A stretch of DNA of 64,000 bases, from positions 1 to 64,000 of the forward strand of contig JBEKWR010000006.1 in NCBI GenBank assembly GCA_049512935.1. Direction: 5' to 3'. The stretch comes from Candidatus Bathyarchaeia archaeon. GTDB taxonomy: Archaea > Thermoproteota > Bathyarchaeia > Bathyarchaeales > Bathycorpusculaceae. The notes beneath the pieces were generated by a model that worked only from the letters and a program-made list of their open reading frames with translations, was not told the origin of the DNA and searched no databases. Positions within the stretch are counted from its first letter, which is position 1; each line of letters starts with the position of its first letter. This document shows, piece by piece, positions 1 to 10,350 of this stretch. Made by a program: the position numbers and the translations under genes.

Positions 1-662
1 CCAACAAAAAGTGTTTGCGCGGCGCCCTCTACCGTTTTTACTGCGGTGTAGCCGTTGAAGGTTTGAGGCACACCTAAAGCGAGAAAGACGATTGCGGCTA
101 TTATGGCAAGAGGTAGGAAAATTCGTGTGATCGATCTAGTGAAGTCAACGTAGAAGTTGCCCATGTCTTTGGCGTCGGCAACAAAGCCTCGTATGAACGC
201 GATGCCCATGCAAAGGCCTGTTATCGCCGAGGAGAACATTAACCATTGTAGAACGCTTATTTGGCTGAGGTAGGAAAAAGTTGCCTCGCCTGCGTAGTGT
301 TGCAGGTCCGTGTTTGTCGTGAAGGACACTGTTTGCATGAAGGCGAGGTCTGGGCGCACGCCAGGAAAACCCATGGGGTTAAGAGGCAAAACGCCTTGGA
401 AAACCATGATTAGAAAGGCGATAACCATCATAACGACGTTTATCAGCAAACCCGAGAGGAAGTACTGTTTCCAACCCATCGTTTGTTGAGTATTTACGCC
501 TGTGATTTTGTAAATGAAGTTCTCGATGGGATTTAGAATTTTGTCGAGACGGCTTGGTTTTCGCTTAAAGACTCCTGTGATGTAGGGCGCTATGAGCCAA
601 GCTAAAAGTACGGTTACTCCAAGTATAAGAATAACCGTCAGCGCCTGAACTGCGTCGATCAT
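1..662 (-). CDS. kdpA: Potassium-transporting ATPase subunit A (5' part; runs off window start)
   Basis: Own translation from ATG at 662: MIDAVQALTVILILG...IENFIYKITGV...MGWKQY...LPLNPMGFPG...LAFMQTVSFTTNTDLQHYAGEATFSYLSQ, matching the KdpA N-terminal and first pore-loop pattern. Not in the ORF track because it is truncated. Confidence 0.9.
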   Translation of the reverse strand, partial: MIDAVQALTVILILGVTVLLAWLIAPYITGVFKRKPSRLDKILNPIENFIYKITGVNTQQTMGWKQYFLSGLLINVVMMVIAFLIMVFQGVLPLNPMGFPGVRPDLAFMQTVSFTTNTDLQHYAGEATFSYLSQISVLQWLMFSSAITGLCMGIAFIRGFVADAKDMGNFYVDFTRSITRIFLPLAIIAAIVFLALGVPQTFNGYTAVKTVEGAAQTLFV

Positions 663-709
663 TTATTCCGAAACTCCAGATTGCATTTGTGCTCACTATG
701 GCTCCTACC

Positions 710-997
710 TCAATTAGTGGGTGACGCAATAATTGCTTTTTGGCACCTGCGTCCTTTATGCGGCTTCAATATAATAGTGCTTATGGTGCTTTTTACGCCG
801 TTAATTTTCATTATTTGCTTTTGCAGTATGTCGCGAAACTCTTCAAGAGTTGAAGTGCTAACGAGGGTGACGATGTCATATTCGCCTGCGACTTCATAGA
901 CTTCCTCGATGTTTTCAAGCTTTCGCAGAGCAGCTACTACCTGGTCTATTTGAGTCGTGTCGGCGAAGATGTTGACTGACGCTAAGAACTTACTCAT
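710..997 (-). CDS. Stand-alone Lrp/AsnC ligand-binding (RAM) domain protein
   Basis: VEEVYEVAGEYD-like motif (IEEVYEVAGEYDIV...INGVKSTIS); no HTH; likely start MSKFLASV at 997 after GGAGAAGG (track ORF 710..1081). Confidence 0.8.
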   Translation of the reverse strand: MSKFLASVNIFADTTQIDQVVAALRKLENIEEVYEVAGEYDIVTLVSTSTLEEFRDILQKQIMKINGVKSTISTIILKPHKGRRCQKAIIASPTN

Positions 998-1477
998 TGT
1001 GATTCCTTCTCCAATTTGCCTGTAAATCCGAGACTGGAAACGGGCAAGTAGGAAACGAAACGGGACGCCACCGAAATGCAAAACATATGAACGCCATTCA
1101 AGTTCAACATAATAATCAGCAAGTCCTAAAGGAGAGTATTATGGAACCTCTTCTAGGTTCTTTCTCATGTTGTTAAAGAAGGCCAGATCGGAGATTCCTC
1201 TGTTTTTGCCTTGAGGAATTTCAGTTTCAACATAGTTCAATTTTTGACCCTCTTTTTCTCCTTTCACATATGGTTATTTACGCTCTTATATAAGGTTAAT
1301 TGTGATTTGTTCACACTTTTCGATAATGCATGAACTTTTTTGTAAAAAAAGTTGAAAAAAATAGAAAAAAAGCCTAGAAAACCAGAACATCTTTGAAAAT
1401 TCTTTGTTTATGCTGTGTAAATTCTGAGCAAAAGAATCGTTTTAGTAAGTATGGTTTGACACGTTTGTGCGTGTTAG

Positions 1478-3154
1478 TTAATTCTTGGCGCGTTTGTTCA
1501 ATGCGTGCTCATGCTCTTGGACGGATCTGCCTGATGGGTCAGCCATTTTGGCAAACTCCTCGCTCCATCTGAAGGCTGTCGGGGTAGAACAGGCAATTGT
1601 TGGACCAATTGGAACAGTTAAAGCTGCAGAGGGGCAAGTGAAGTAGTTGTCAAAAATCTGCCTGTAGAAGTACTCCTCCTTTGACGCTGGCGTCTGAACC
1701 GGGAACTTAGTTTTAGCCTTGCCCATCATTTCATCCGTAACTGCGCTTTCAGCGTGTTTTTTGAGGTAATCTATCCATCCGTAGCCGACGCCGTCGCTGA
1801 ATTGCTCTTTTTGGCGCCAAAGAATCTCGTCAGGAATGTAGCCTTCAAACGCCTTTCTCAGCACGTACTTTTCGATCTTGTCGCCTGAGCACATTTTCTC
1901 CTGCGGGTCAAAACCCATGGCAAAATCCAAGAACTCCCTGTCCAAAAAGGGCACGCGGGTTTCAACGCCCCAAGCGGCGGTTGCTTTGTTTGCTCGCAAG
2001 CAATCGTATTTGCTCAGCATGAAGAGTTTGCGTACGGTTTCCTCGTAGAATTCCTGCTTGTTTGGTGCTTTGTGGAAGTAGAGGTAGCCGCCGAAGACTT
2101 CGTCTGCGCCTTCGCCTGAGAGGACCATTTTTATGCCCATGGATTTTATTTTTCGAGCCATCAAATACATGGGTGTAGCAGCGCGGATCGTGGTAACGTC
2201 GAAGGTTTCAAGGTGGTAAATGACGTCTCGTATGGCGTCGAAGCCTTCCTGAATGGTAAAAATTATCTCATGATGCACCGTGCCGATGTAGTCTGCGACT
2301 TTCCTTGCGTACTTCAAATCAGGCGAATCAGCCAACCCAACAGCGAACGAGTGCAGACGCGGCCACCACGCCTCCTCCCTGTCTCCAGATTCCACCCGTT
2401 TCTTCCTGTATTTTGAAGCGATGGCAGCAATCAGCGAAGAATCCAGCCCGCCTGAAATAAGAACCCCGTAAGGAACATCAGACATCATTTCTCCCTTAAC
2501 GGATTTCTCCAAAGCTTTTCTAAGGTCCGAGAGAACCAGCTTTTTGGTGGGAATTTTCTCTGCCCATTCAGGCGTGTACCACCTGACAAAATCTTCCCCG
2601 CCGTTTCCCAGTAAGTAGTGTCCAGGCGGGAACTCTTTGACTGTGGTACAGTAGTCGTTTAGGGCTTTCATTTCGCTGGCGACATAAAAGGTTCCTTTGT
2701 CATCCCAGCCGACGTAGAGCGGGATGATGCCGATGTGGTCTCTTGCGACGAAAAACGCGCCTTTGCCCTTGTCGTACAGGACGAAAGCGAACATGCCGTT
2801 TAGCATGTTCAAGAAGTCTGGACCGTACTCGTCGTAAAGATACAGAATTATTTCGCAGTCGGACTTGGTCTGCCACAAATGCTCCTTCTCAAGTTTCCCG
2901 TGAAGAAGCATGTGGTTGTAGATTTCACCGTTCACCGCCAAAACGTTACCGTTAATCCTGTCAAACAAGGGTTGCGCGCCATGCTCAACATCAACAATCG
3001 AGAGCCGCTCATGCGCAAGAACCGCCTTATCATCACTGTAAATGCCGCTCCAATCAGGTCCCCTATGCCTAAGTTTAGTAGCCATTCTCAAGGCTTTGTC
3101 ACGTGCTTGGGGCACGGGCTCAGAAATGTTGAAAATCCCCACTATTCCGCACAT
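1478..3154 (-). CDS. asnB: Asparagine synthetase B (glutamine-hydrolysing)
   Basis: N-terminal MCGI, RHRGPD, NGEIYN, SGGLDSS, SGEGADEVFGGY, RQKEQFSDGVG. Confidence 0.97.
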   Translation of the reverse strand: MCGIVGIFNISEPVPQARDKALRMATKLRHRGPDWSGIYSDDKAVLAHERLSIVDVEHGAQPLFDRINGNVLAVNGEIYNHMLLHGKLEKEHLWQTKSDCEIILYLYDEYGPDFLNMLNGMFAFVLYDKGKGAFFVARDHIGIIPLYVGWDDKGTFYVASEMKALNDYCTTVKEFPPGHYLLGNGGEDFVRWYTPEWAEKIPTKKLVLSDLRKALEKSVKGEMMSDVPYGVLISGGLDSSLIAAIASKYRKKRVESGDREEAWWPRLHSFAVGLADSPDLKYARKVADYIGTVHHEIIFTIQEGFDAIRDVIYHLETFDVTTIRAATPMYLMARKIKSMGIKMVLSGEGADEVFGGYLYFHKAPNKQEFYEETVRKLFMLSKYDCLRANKATAAWGVETRVPFLDREFLDFAMGFDPQEKMCSGDKIEKYVLRKAFEGYIPDEILWRQKEQFSDGVGYGWIDYLKKHAESAVTDEMMGKAKTKFPVQTPASKEEYFYRQIFDNYFTCPSAALTVPIGPTIACSTPTAFRWSEEFAKMADPSGRSVQEHEHALNKRAKN

Positions 3155-3299
3155 AATTTCAACTCCTAGAGGCTTAAACAGATATTTTAAGGTAGATCTG
3201 AAAAAGAGAGGCTTTAGATAAGGAAATGCAGGGCATCCGAATTGTAGCTAAAAAATAAGAAGTTTTGGGATTATACCCAGTCAAACGACAACTGCAGGC

Positions 3300-4796
3300 T
3301 TATTTGCCGCCTGGGTGGGGGAAGATGCGGGATTCTTTGCTTCTTGAGTTGAACGCGAAGTATCCCAGACCGACAGCCATCCATACGGCTACTGCCGCGA
3401 CTGCGATGAACCCAGCGATCTGCGTTGATCCGCCGCCTATCGACGCCAGCCAAATGACCGCAACCAGCATGACGATGTTTGCCGCGAGACCTGCTAGCGG
3501 AATCACGTATTTTGTCAGGATTGAACGTCTTTCTTTGGAGAGCGCGTACACCGCTATTAGGCATGTGACACCGTACAGCATGAACGTTCCGAAGTTGGAC
3601 AGGTAAGTGATTGCACTCAAGTTCGTCAACGACAACACACCGAAAGCGCCTATGCCAGCAGTCACAAGAGTCAACACCCAAATGCCGATGGCGGGAGTGC
3701 CGTATCTCAGGTTGAGTTTTCCAAGCGGTTCAGGAACCTCTGCATCTCGACTGATTGCATATGTCACTCTTACGCCCGTGTTCATGCATGAAAGCGTTGT
3801 GCCAAGGATTGCAGCTGCGACGACCGCGGCGACGACAAGCATGATGAGGAAGCCGCCTCCGCCGAACAGCCCGTTAACCGATCGGGTTATCATGTCTCCT
3901 ACAGGCGAGCCTGAAGCCGCTGCGGAACTGAACGTGTAGTTTGAGTTGATCCACGCCTGCATGCCATAGTACTCCAGCAAGTAGCAGAATGCTCCCTGTA
4001 TCACCAGTGAGAGGATGATTGCTTTAGGAACATCTTTGGGGTTTTTCGCTTCAGCCGTCAACGCGGTGACCGACTCGAAACCAACAAGAACCAGAATGGC
4101 GATGGTTGCTTGAAAGAGCATGTGAGCTGCGCTGCTTGGAATCACCACGCTAATAGGGTTCGAGTAGTAGAACGTCACGTGCTGAGGGTTCATGAAGCGG
4201 TAAGCCAAAGCAATACCCGTTACGCCGACAAGCATGGCGATCTGCGCGATGTTGATCATAAGGTTTGTCCGCGTGGAACCGTTGATTCCTCTGTAAGCTA
4301 TGAAACCCACCGCTACGGCGAACAGAATCACGATTGCAACTTCAGTCAACGGAGCTATTACGATGCCTACTGTGCCCAATATGTAAGTGATGAAGAAACC
4401 CATCATCGCCACCATCACACCGGGATAAACCCAGTAGTAAAGGTGGGAAAGCCAGCCTACAATGAACTTCGCGTTTCTCGCTGTTTTGTTGCTGCTGCCT
4501 CGGTCAAGCAGTGCACGCTGCGCAAAGTAGTATGAGCTCCCTGCCCCCGCGTCTGGGTAACGGCGAGAGAGCCAAGAGTAGGAAGCAGCAGTTAGAAATG
4601 ACAATATCAATGCTAGGAAAAGGCCTGTCCATATGTCGGGAGCCGTGGATGCTCCTGAAGGATCCACCTGGGCAGCCTGCAATTCGTAAGTGAGCCAGAG
4701 AAATGCACCCGGCGCTATTAACGCCATGGCGTTGATGGTTAACCCTGAGAGGCTAAGTGTTTTCTTGAATTGGGGCGCGTTTTGTTCAGCAGCCAC
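3300..4796 (-). CDS. APC-family amino acid permease
   Basis: About 12 hydrophobic segments; GAGSSY, GFESVTALTAEAKNP, RVTYAISRD motifs. Confidence 0.88.
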   Translation of the reverse strand: MAAEQNAPQFKKTLSLSGLTINAMALIAPGAFLWLTYELQAAQVDPSGASTAPDIWTGLFLALILSFLTAASYSWLSRRYPDAGAGSSYYFAQRALLDRGSSNKTARNAKFIVGWLSHLYYWVYPGVMVAMMGFFITYILGTVGIVIAPLTEVAIVILFAVAVGFIAYRGINGSTRTNLMINIAQIAMLVGVTGIALAYRFMNPQHVTFYYSNPISVVIPSSAAHMLFQATIAILVLVGFESVTALTAEAKNPKDVPKAIILSLVIQGAFCYLLEYYGMQAWINSNYTFSSAAASGSPVGDMITRSVNGLFGGGGFLIMLVVAAVVAAAILGTTLSCMNTGVRVTYAISRDAEVPEPLGKLNLRYGTPAIGIWVLTLVTAGIGAFGVLSLTNLSAITYLSNFGTFMLYGVTCLIAVYALSKERRSILTKYVIPLAGLAANIVMLVAVIWLASIGGGSTQIAGFIAVAAVAVWMAVGLGYFAFNSRSKESRIFPHPGGK

Positions 4797-5205
4797 CCTA
4801 CTTTACCCCCAGGACTCTTTTGTTGTACATGACGTGGGGTTGTCTTTGAGCGTCTAGAACGATTACTTCTTCAATGTTCCGTTTAGCCTCTTTAGTAACT
4901 TTTTTCAACTGTAACACCGATTATATTTTTGAAAAGAGTGTGTTCAAATAAATATAAATGTAGTTAATACTTGTTCATAACTTTTATGAAAAACTCGCCT
5001 GATTTACAAAAATATCACCAATACCTAGACAATTGATGTATTAGCGGCAAAAAACTTTCAAGTCCACCAGCCAGCTAAGCGGAAAACCAAACAATCCAAA
5101 CAGAACCCAAACTTAAAGTACCCGAGCCTCGGGGCTACAAATCCCCTCCTAAACCAACTCTTCAATCCCCAAAATGAAAGTTCCAGGCTTTTACAGGGAA
5201 GGGGC

Positions 5206-5508
5206 TCATTGGCTTTCCGTGAGCTGCATGAATTGCTTCTTTGTCAGTCCTTCACCCGGCTCGGCGTCCAGCCTCTTGTGCACTTTGCCTTTTTTGAAGA
5301 GAATAACCGTTGGGTAGTAGTCGATTTGGTATTTGTCGCACACGTCAGGTTTATCATCAATCAGGACGCTTATGCACTCATCGGGGTTGCGTTTTGCATA
5401 TTCCTTAAAGACCGGGAGGAACGCCTGTGAAAAATGGCACCATGAAGCGTAAAACAGCACGAACGCCTTCTCCTTTGACGCCACTTCCCGCTCAAAATCA
5501 TCAACCAT
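5206..5508 (-). CDS. Thioredoxin-fold protein with CxxS site
   Basis: FYASWCHFS and YPTVILFKKG. Confidence 0.8.
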   Translation of the reverse strand: MVDDFEREVASKEKAFVLFYASWCHFSQAFLPVFKEYAKRNPDECISVLIDDKPDVCDKYQIDYYPTVILFKKGKVHKRLDAEPGEGLTKKQFMQLTESQ

Positions 5509-5509
5509 T

Positions 5510-6214
5510 TCACGTCACCTCTCTGTCCTCTTCAGGATAGTGGCTGCTGTCGCAGAACGGTTTATTCGTCGATTTCCCGCATCGGCAAAGAGTCATACGG
5601 TTCCGCACCTCGTAGAGCTTTCCGTCCGCAGAGTAAACTGGGATTCCGCCGCGGATCCAAAACGGTCCGCTGGTTTCTTTGCTTGGGTCTTCGATGACGC
5701 CGATCGACTTTTCCAGTGCGGGCTCGATCGCGGCGCCAGTTTTCTTGTTGTAAGCCACGAGCCTGCCAGAGGGGCATTCGGAGCAGTTTTCGATGACGTT
5801 TTTCTTTGCCTCGGATTTGTCTGTGCGGTAGATCATGTCCCAAACGTCTCCTCCTCGGTGGCAGAAACGTGCGGAAGCGCAAAGAATCACCGCGTCCTTC
5901 ATCTTCAAGTCTGGGCCGTCGTATTCCTGCGCTATCTTCTCGTAAGGTTCATTGTCGCTGACCTCTGTCCCGTCGAACTTGGCGCTGAAGTGCCTGCCAT
6001 CGCAGAAGGGCTTTTTGCCTGATAGCCCACATCGACATAAGGCGTAACTCTGCGACGTTTTGAGCCGTTCTCCGAAAAGCCACTGGATCGGAGTTCCCGT
6101 CCCATCGCATTTAATAATCATGGGAAACAGAGGAATACCTCCAGAAACCAGAAGTGGACCGTTCTTTGTGACTTTAATGTAGCTGTCAACAGTTTTGTCA
6201 GGGGTGCTTTCCAA
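5510..6214 (-). CDS. CDGSH iron-sulfur domain protein (two CDGSH domains around a ferredoxin-like domain)
   Basis: LCRCGLSGKKPFCDGRH and LCRCGKSTNKPFCDSSH; central CASARFC...CPSGRL. Confidence 0.9.
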   Translation of the reverse strand: MESTPDKTVDSYIKVTKNGPLLVSGGIPLFPMIIKCDGTGTPIQWLFGERLKTSQSYALCRCGLSGKKPFCDGRHFSAKFDGTEVSDNEPYEKIAQEYDGPDLKMKDAVILCASARFCHRGGDVWDMIYRTDKSEAKKNVIENCSECPSGRLVAYNKKTGAAIEPALEKSIGVIEDPSKETSGPFWIRGGIPVYSADGKLYEVRNRMTLCRCGKSTNKPFCDSSHYPEEDREVT

Positions 6215-6320
6215 AATTGCAGCCTCCCATTTATTCTATGAAAAATGACGGTAATAAGGTTACTTTAACTTGCATCGCTAAGCTGGCTAAGAACGCCGTA
6301 GGCAGCGAACAGTTGCGTGT

Positions 6321-6803
6321 TTACTGGATGTCTAGCGTTTCGTACTGAAGAACTATTTCCTCTATTAAGGGCACGCCTGAATGGCTATCCAATTTTCCCA
6401 GGCGCCAACTGCTTGGCCAAGCGTTTATCAAGTTCAGTCTTAAAGTTTCATTTCCCTTCCTGTCGATCACTATTACGGACATGTTCCTCTTCGCGTCGTC
6501 CCCGTTGATGACCTGTTTTGTCCAGTTCCACAAGTCCTTGTTACCCGCGCTGCACATGACTGGATTCCGCAAGATAAGCGGTCCATAATGGATCAAGCCG
6601 GGAACTGTTTTGGAAACGGGAGGCATATCCGTTCCTTCCCTGAAATCTTGAACTTCAATGTTAACGCAGAGCCCTTCAACCTCCCTGAAGCCAGTGTTCG
6701 TTATACCGTCAATTTCAACGCGGAACCTGTGTCTGCCGCAAACGTTCAACAAGCTACCAACCGCTGTCATACTTAACCCCCAAACAATAAAACAAGAATG
6801 CAA
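6321..6803 (-). CDS. Phage tail-tube protein (T4 gp19-like / contractile injection system tube family)
   Basis: FRVEIDGI..GFREVEGL..E...REG...PG..YG..L...LWNW......RN.S..V.D..G....NL.NAWPS.W......IEEI.L.YE pattern. Confidence 0.8.
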   Translation of the reverse strand: MHSCFIVWGLSMTAVGSLLNVCGRHRFRVEIDGITNTGFREVEGLCVNIEVQDFREGTDMPPVSKTVPGLIHYGPLILRNPVMCSAGNKDLWNWTKQVINGDDAKRNMSVIVIDRKGNETLRLNLINAWPSSWRLGKLDSHSGVPLIEEIVLQYETLDIQ

Positions 6804-6927
6804 CGTTTTGCATTATAAAATTTTCGCAAAGAAATGAACTGTTCCATTCACTCGTTAAGAGACAATTAATTATTTGATTTCGGGAAGTTTATATTTTGCA
6901 ACACTGGCATTATTCTGGTGGGAAAAA

Positions 6928-7194
6928 ATGGGCACCGAAGTGGTTGTGGACAGCAAAGGACGCGTGTTAATCCCGAAAAACCTTCGAGATAAGGTCGGGT
7001 TGAAAGCGGGGGGAAAGGCTCGTCTGCAATTAGAAAAAGGGAAGATAGTAATTTTGCCGCCAACATCGCCTGAAGACTTCATCAGGGAAATGGAAGGATG
7101 CATCAAAGAAGGAACCCCAACACTTGACCCTCTGGAAATAAAGAAAATGTGGGAACCAAACGGATCGCAGGCAAACTCAAGTTCGAAGTCATAG
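6928..7194 (+). CDS. AbrB/MazE/SpoVT-family DNA-binding protein (orphan antitoxin-like)
   Basis: VDSKGRVLIPKNLRDKVGL; likely ATG at 6928 (track ORF from 6874). Confidence 0.8.
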   Translation: MGTEVVVDSKGRVLIPKNLRDKVGLKAGGKARLQLEKGKIVILPPTSPEDFIREMEGCIKEGTPTLDPLEIKKMWEPNGSQANSSSKS

Positions 7195-7240
7195 ATTCCG
7201 TAGAAATGAAACCGTAGCTTTTCACAAAAGAAAGAGGGAC

Positions 7241-8740
7241 TTATTGCAGTTCTGTGATTTCTGAGCGTCTTATTTGACGTCTGGCTATTCCCGCGAAGAC
7301 CTTGTAGAACTGCTTGAGGGGAACCCTGTACCCCTTGTCCATGAAGGACATGTCAAGCAGGTTGTCTACCCAGCGGAGGCTGTGTTCCGCGCATTTGTAC
7401 ATCAGTTCCTCGTGAAGCTTGTTGACCTGCGTCTCCCTGAACCAATCCTTGTTTTTCAATCTGCCTAGCGGAACGAAGAAGAGTGGCACGATTAGGCTTC
7501 GGCAATCCTTTACGTCGTCCAGCAGCTCCATGGTTTTTATGATGTCGTCTTCTGTTTCTTCAGGAAGACCAACAATAAGCGTAGCTGCAGGGATCAGCTT
7601 GTGGTCATGCATTACACCGAAGCCTTGACGGGCAACCTGAGGCCATTCCTCAGCCTTGAACGGAAAGGCTTTCGCGGGCATAATTCTCTTGGCAAGTGCT
7701 GCTGAGCCTGTTTCAAGCCCGATTTCTGCTCCCCACCATGCTTGCTTTTGCAGTATGATTTCTGAGAGTTTGCCGACGAGCTGGGGTTTTGAGGCGACGG
7801 CGGCTAAGGAGCAGTGGCTCCAACTTATCGCCTGAACCCTGCTCATCACCATCTCATGAAGCTTCAGCAGTTTTTCATCGTTCGGCACGGCGTTTTGGGA
7901 GCCGTACAGCATGACGTCCTCAGAATGTAAACAAATGACCTTTTCTTTGCCGACTTCAACGTTGACGGCTATTTCCCGAAGTACCTTATCAAGAGGGTAC
8001 CAACGCAGCGGTCTGAGCGTCACGTTGCAGAATTCGCAGCCTCTACAGCAGCCCCTTCCAAGCTCCACCAAGCCGTTAACAGACGGGTGCACGATGTCAG
8101 GTATATCCTCCAATTTGGGCGCGTCCTTGGCTGAAACTTCAACGTGAGGCGGCAACGGCTCGCCGTTTAAGGCGGCTTTGAAAAGTTTTCCGATAATGTT
8201 TTCCGCTTCGCCTTCAACCACGCAGTCTATCGCCTTTTTTTCCACAAGCTGGGGCCTGTAGTTGAATTGCCAAGCGCCTGGGCCGCCCACGATTATTTTC
8301 GCTCCGTTTCGTTTTGCTTCCCTGATGACGGGGCTTGTAACTAACCCTTGGAAGTGTCTCGCCAAGAAAGGCTCTTTCTTGAACACGGAGGCTAAGGTTG
8401 TTGAAGCAGGACCGAACCCGAAGGGATCCATGGTGTGAACGCCGATAACCTTCGCAGTTTTCACGTATTTTCGCAGGTGCTGCGGGCTGACCGTCAGGAC
8501 GTTGAAGCCTTCTTTAAGCAGCTGCGCCTCAATTTTTCTTAACCCGTAGGGCGCGGCAGTCGGCAACCCCTTCTTCGTCCTTATCGGCGGAAAAAACAGG
8601 TAGCTATAGACTACGTCTGGGATGAAGTTGGATGGGGCGCATGTGCCGAAACCTAAGAACTCGTTGCCGTGGTAGTTGCTCATCAGAGTTCTGTCGGCTG
8701 TTAAGATTACTTCTGGACTGGGGTTTGCCATGCTCACCAT
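7241..8740 (-). CDS. Radical SAM protein with N-terminal B12-binding-like domain
   Basis: GRGCCRGCEFC (CxxxCxxC), IIVGGPG, GLETGS, IVGLPEET. Confidence 0.85.
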   Translation of the reverse strand: MVSMANPSPEVILTADRTLMSNYHGNEFLGFGTCAPSNFIPDVVYSYLFFPPIRTKKGLPTAAPYGLRKIEAQLLKEGFNVLTVSPQHLRKYVKTAKVIGVHTMDPFGFGPASTTLASVFKKEPFLARHFQGLVTSPVIREAKRNGAKIIVGGPGAWQFNYRPQLVEKKAIDCVVEGEAENIIGKLFKAALNGEPLPPHVEVSAKDAPKLEDIPDIVHPSVNGLVELGRGCCRGCEFCNVTLRPLRWYPLDKVLREIAVNVEVGKEKVICLHSEDVMLYGSQNAVPNDEKLLKLHEMVMSRVQAISWSHCSLAAVASKPQLVGKLSEIILQKQAWWGAEIGLETGSAALAKRIMPAKAFPFKAEEWPQVARQGFGVMHDHKLIPAATLIVGLPEETEDDIIKTMELLDDVKDCRSLIVPLFFVPLGRLKNKDWFRETQVNKLHEELMYKCAEHSLRWVDNLLDMSFMDKGYRVPLKQFYKVFAGIARRQIRRSEITELQ

Positions 8741-9059
8741 CTGGTTAAACAGTTTTTTAGGGATTGAATAGGCTATTCTACTTAGCGATAGGGCTTATAA
8801 CATTTTTGTTGCATGCAAGCAAATAAACGCTACATCGGCATGTAGCTTTGCGCTCATTCATAAATGCGCTGTGTCGAGGGTCTTATCTTGCAAAAATTTT
8901 TGCTCATGCACCCAATTGCACATTCGTTAATTTTCCATACGTCGATTGTCTACTTAACTGGCTTTTACCCCAACTAATGTTTACATTATTTCAGTTTTTT
9001 GGCGGTGACGTTTATATATGCCTTGATTTACTAAACAAACGTCACGTAAACGATAGGGT

Positions 9060-9542
9060 GTGAGAAGTTTGGGCTTGAACCCCAAAAAAAGCCCAAAAGA
9101 CAAAGTAGATCCCATAGACCTGCAAATAATAAGAGCGCTCGAAGAGGATTCACGCGTAAGCCTGCGTAAGTTAGCCCAAAGGCTCGGGATAACTCCAAAC
9201 ATCCTGCGCCACCACGTTGAAGCCCTCGAGCAGAGCAGCGTAATTCTCGGGTACGCTCCCGTCGTTGACTCGGCAAAAATGGGGTATGCTCTTACGGCGA
9301 TAATTATGATTCAGATTGAGGGAGGGCACATTTTGGAGGTTGAAAACGAGATAGCGAAAGAGAGTAATGTGCTGTCCGTGTATGACATAACTGGGGAGTA
9401 CGACGCCGTCGTCTTCGCCAAGTTCCGAGATAACCCGAGCCTCAACGCCTTTTTAAAAAGACTGTTAACTGAGCGTTACATAAAAAGAACCACCACGCTC
9501 ATCGCACTCAACGCCGTCAAGGAATACAGCAAAGTTATTTAA
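9060..9542 (+). CDS. Lrp/AsnC-family transcriptional regulator
   Basis: DPIDLQIIRALEEDSR...LAQRLG HTH and VYDITGEYD RAM motif. Confidence 0.92.
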   Translation: MRSLGLNPKKSPKDKVDPIDLQIIRALEEDSRVSLRKLAQRLGITPNILRHHVEALEQSSVILGYAPVVDSAKMGYALTAIIMIQIEGGHILEVENEIAKESNVLSVYDITGEYDAVVFAKFRDNPSLNAFLKRLLTERYIKRTTTLIALNAVKEYSKVI

Positions 9543-9666
9543 TTTAGGTTAAAGCTTCCCATCGCTGAATTCCCTAATTTTTGCAGGTTCAAAATTTCTG
9601 CTGCTCCAAGTTTTTTTTTGAGAATTGTAAAGTTTAATATGGGTTTTGACGTACTGTCCTTAGGGA

Positions 9667-10350
9667 GTGGTGTCTCGTTTGAAAAGTATCAAAGGCATCT
9701 TGGTTGTTGGAGAAAAAAACATTTTTGGCGAGCTATCCCAGATAGTTGACATAGCCGCGGAGGCTAACGCGCTTCTGGAAAAAATGTTCAAAATGGCCCC
9801 CACGGACAGCAAGTTGACTGAAGCTCAGCGTGCAGTCCAGACGCTGCATAGGAAAGCCAGTGAAGTTGGCTTCAAAGTCAGCGAAGACATCACAGGAGGC
9901 GCAGTCAGCCCCAACGTCATCGACAGCCTGCTCGCGTGCGCCGCAACAATCGGCGATGTAGTTCACACGTGCCTTCACATCAGCCGTGAGCTTGATAGAA
10001 TGGCTATAGCGTATTCCGCTGGGCTTGAAATGCACCATGCCGACTGGGACCCTGTGTTTGATAGAATGCTTGAACTCATAGAAAAATCGCTTGCAAAGCT
10101 CAAGCAGGCGCTTCTCTCTTCGGATATGGCCGAGATTTTAAGCCTGCATAAGGAGATACAAGCGTTAGAGGATCGGGGAGACGACATCAAGGATCAAGGG
10201 TTCGACAGGCTGTACGGTATAGCGCCGCAACTGAATTACCTTGAATTTTTCCACTACCAAAAAATGCTGCATAACTGCGAAGACATCCTAAACGGCTGCG
10301 CAGACTTTGCCTCTCTGATTGTGTCTGTGGTTACGTCAATCCTTAAGTGA
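9667..10350 (+). CDS. DUF47 / PhoU-like phosphate transport regulator
   Basis: Helical protein with LEDRGDDIK repeat motif; overlaps the start of a PiT gene. Confidence 0.8.
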   Translation: MVSRLKSIKGILVVGEKNIFGELSQIVDIAAEANALLEKMFKMAPTDSKLTEAQRAVQTLHRKASEVGFKVSEDITGGAVSPNVIDSLLACAATIGDVVHTCLHISRELDRMAIAYSAGLEMHHADWDPVFDRMLELIEKSLAKLKQALLSSDMAEILSLHKEIQALEDRGDDIKDQGFDRLYGIAPQLNYLEFFHYQKMLHNCEDILNGCADFASLIVSVVTSILK

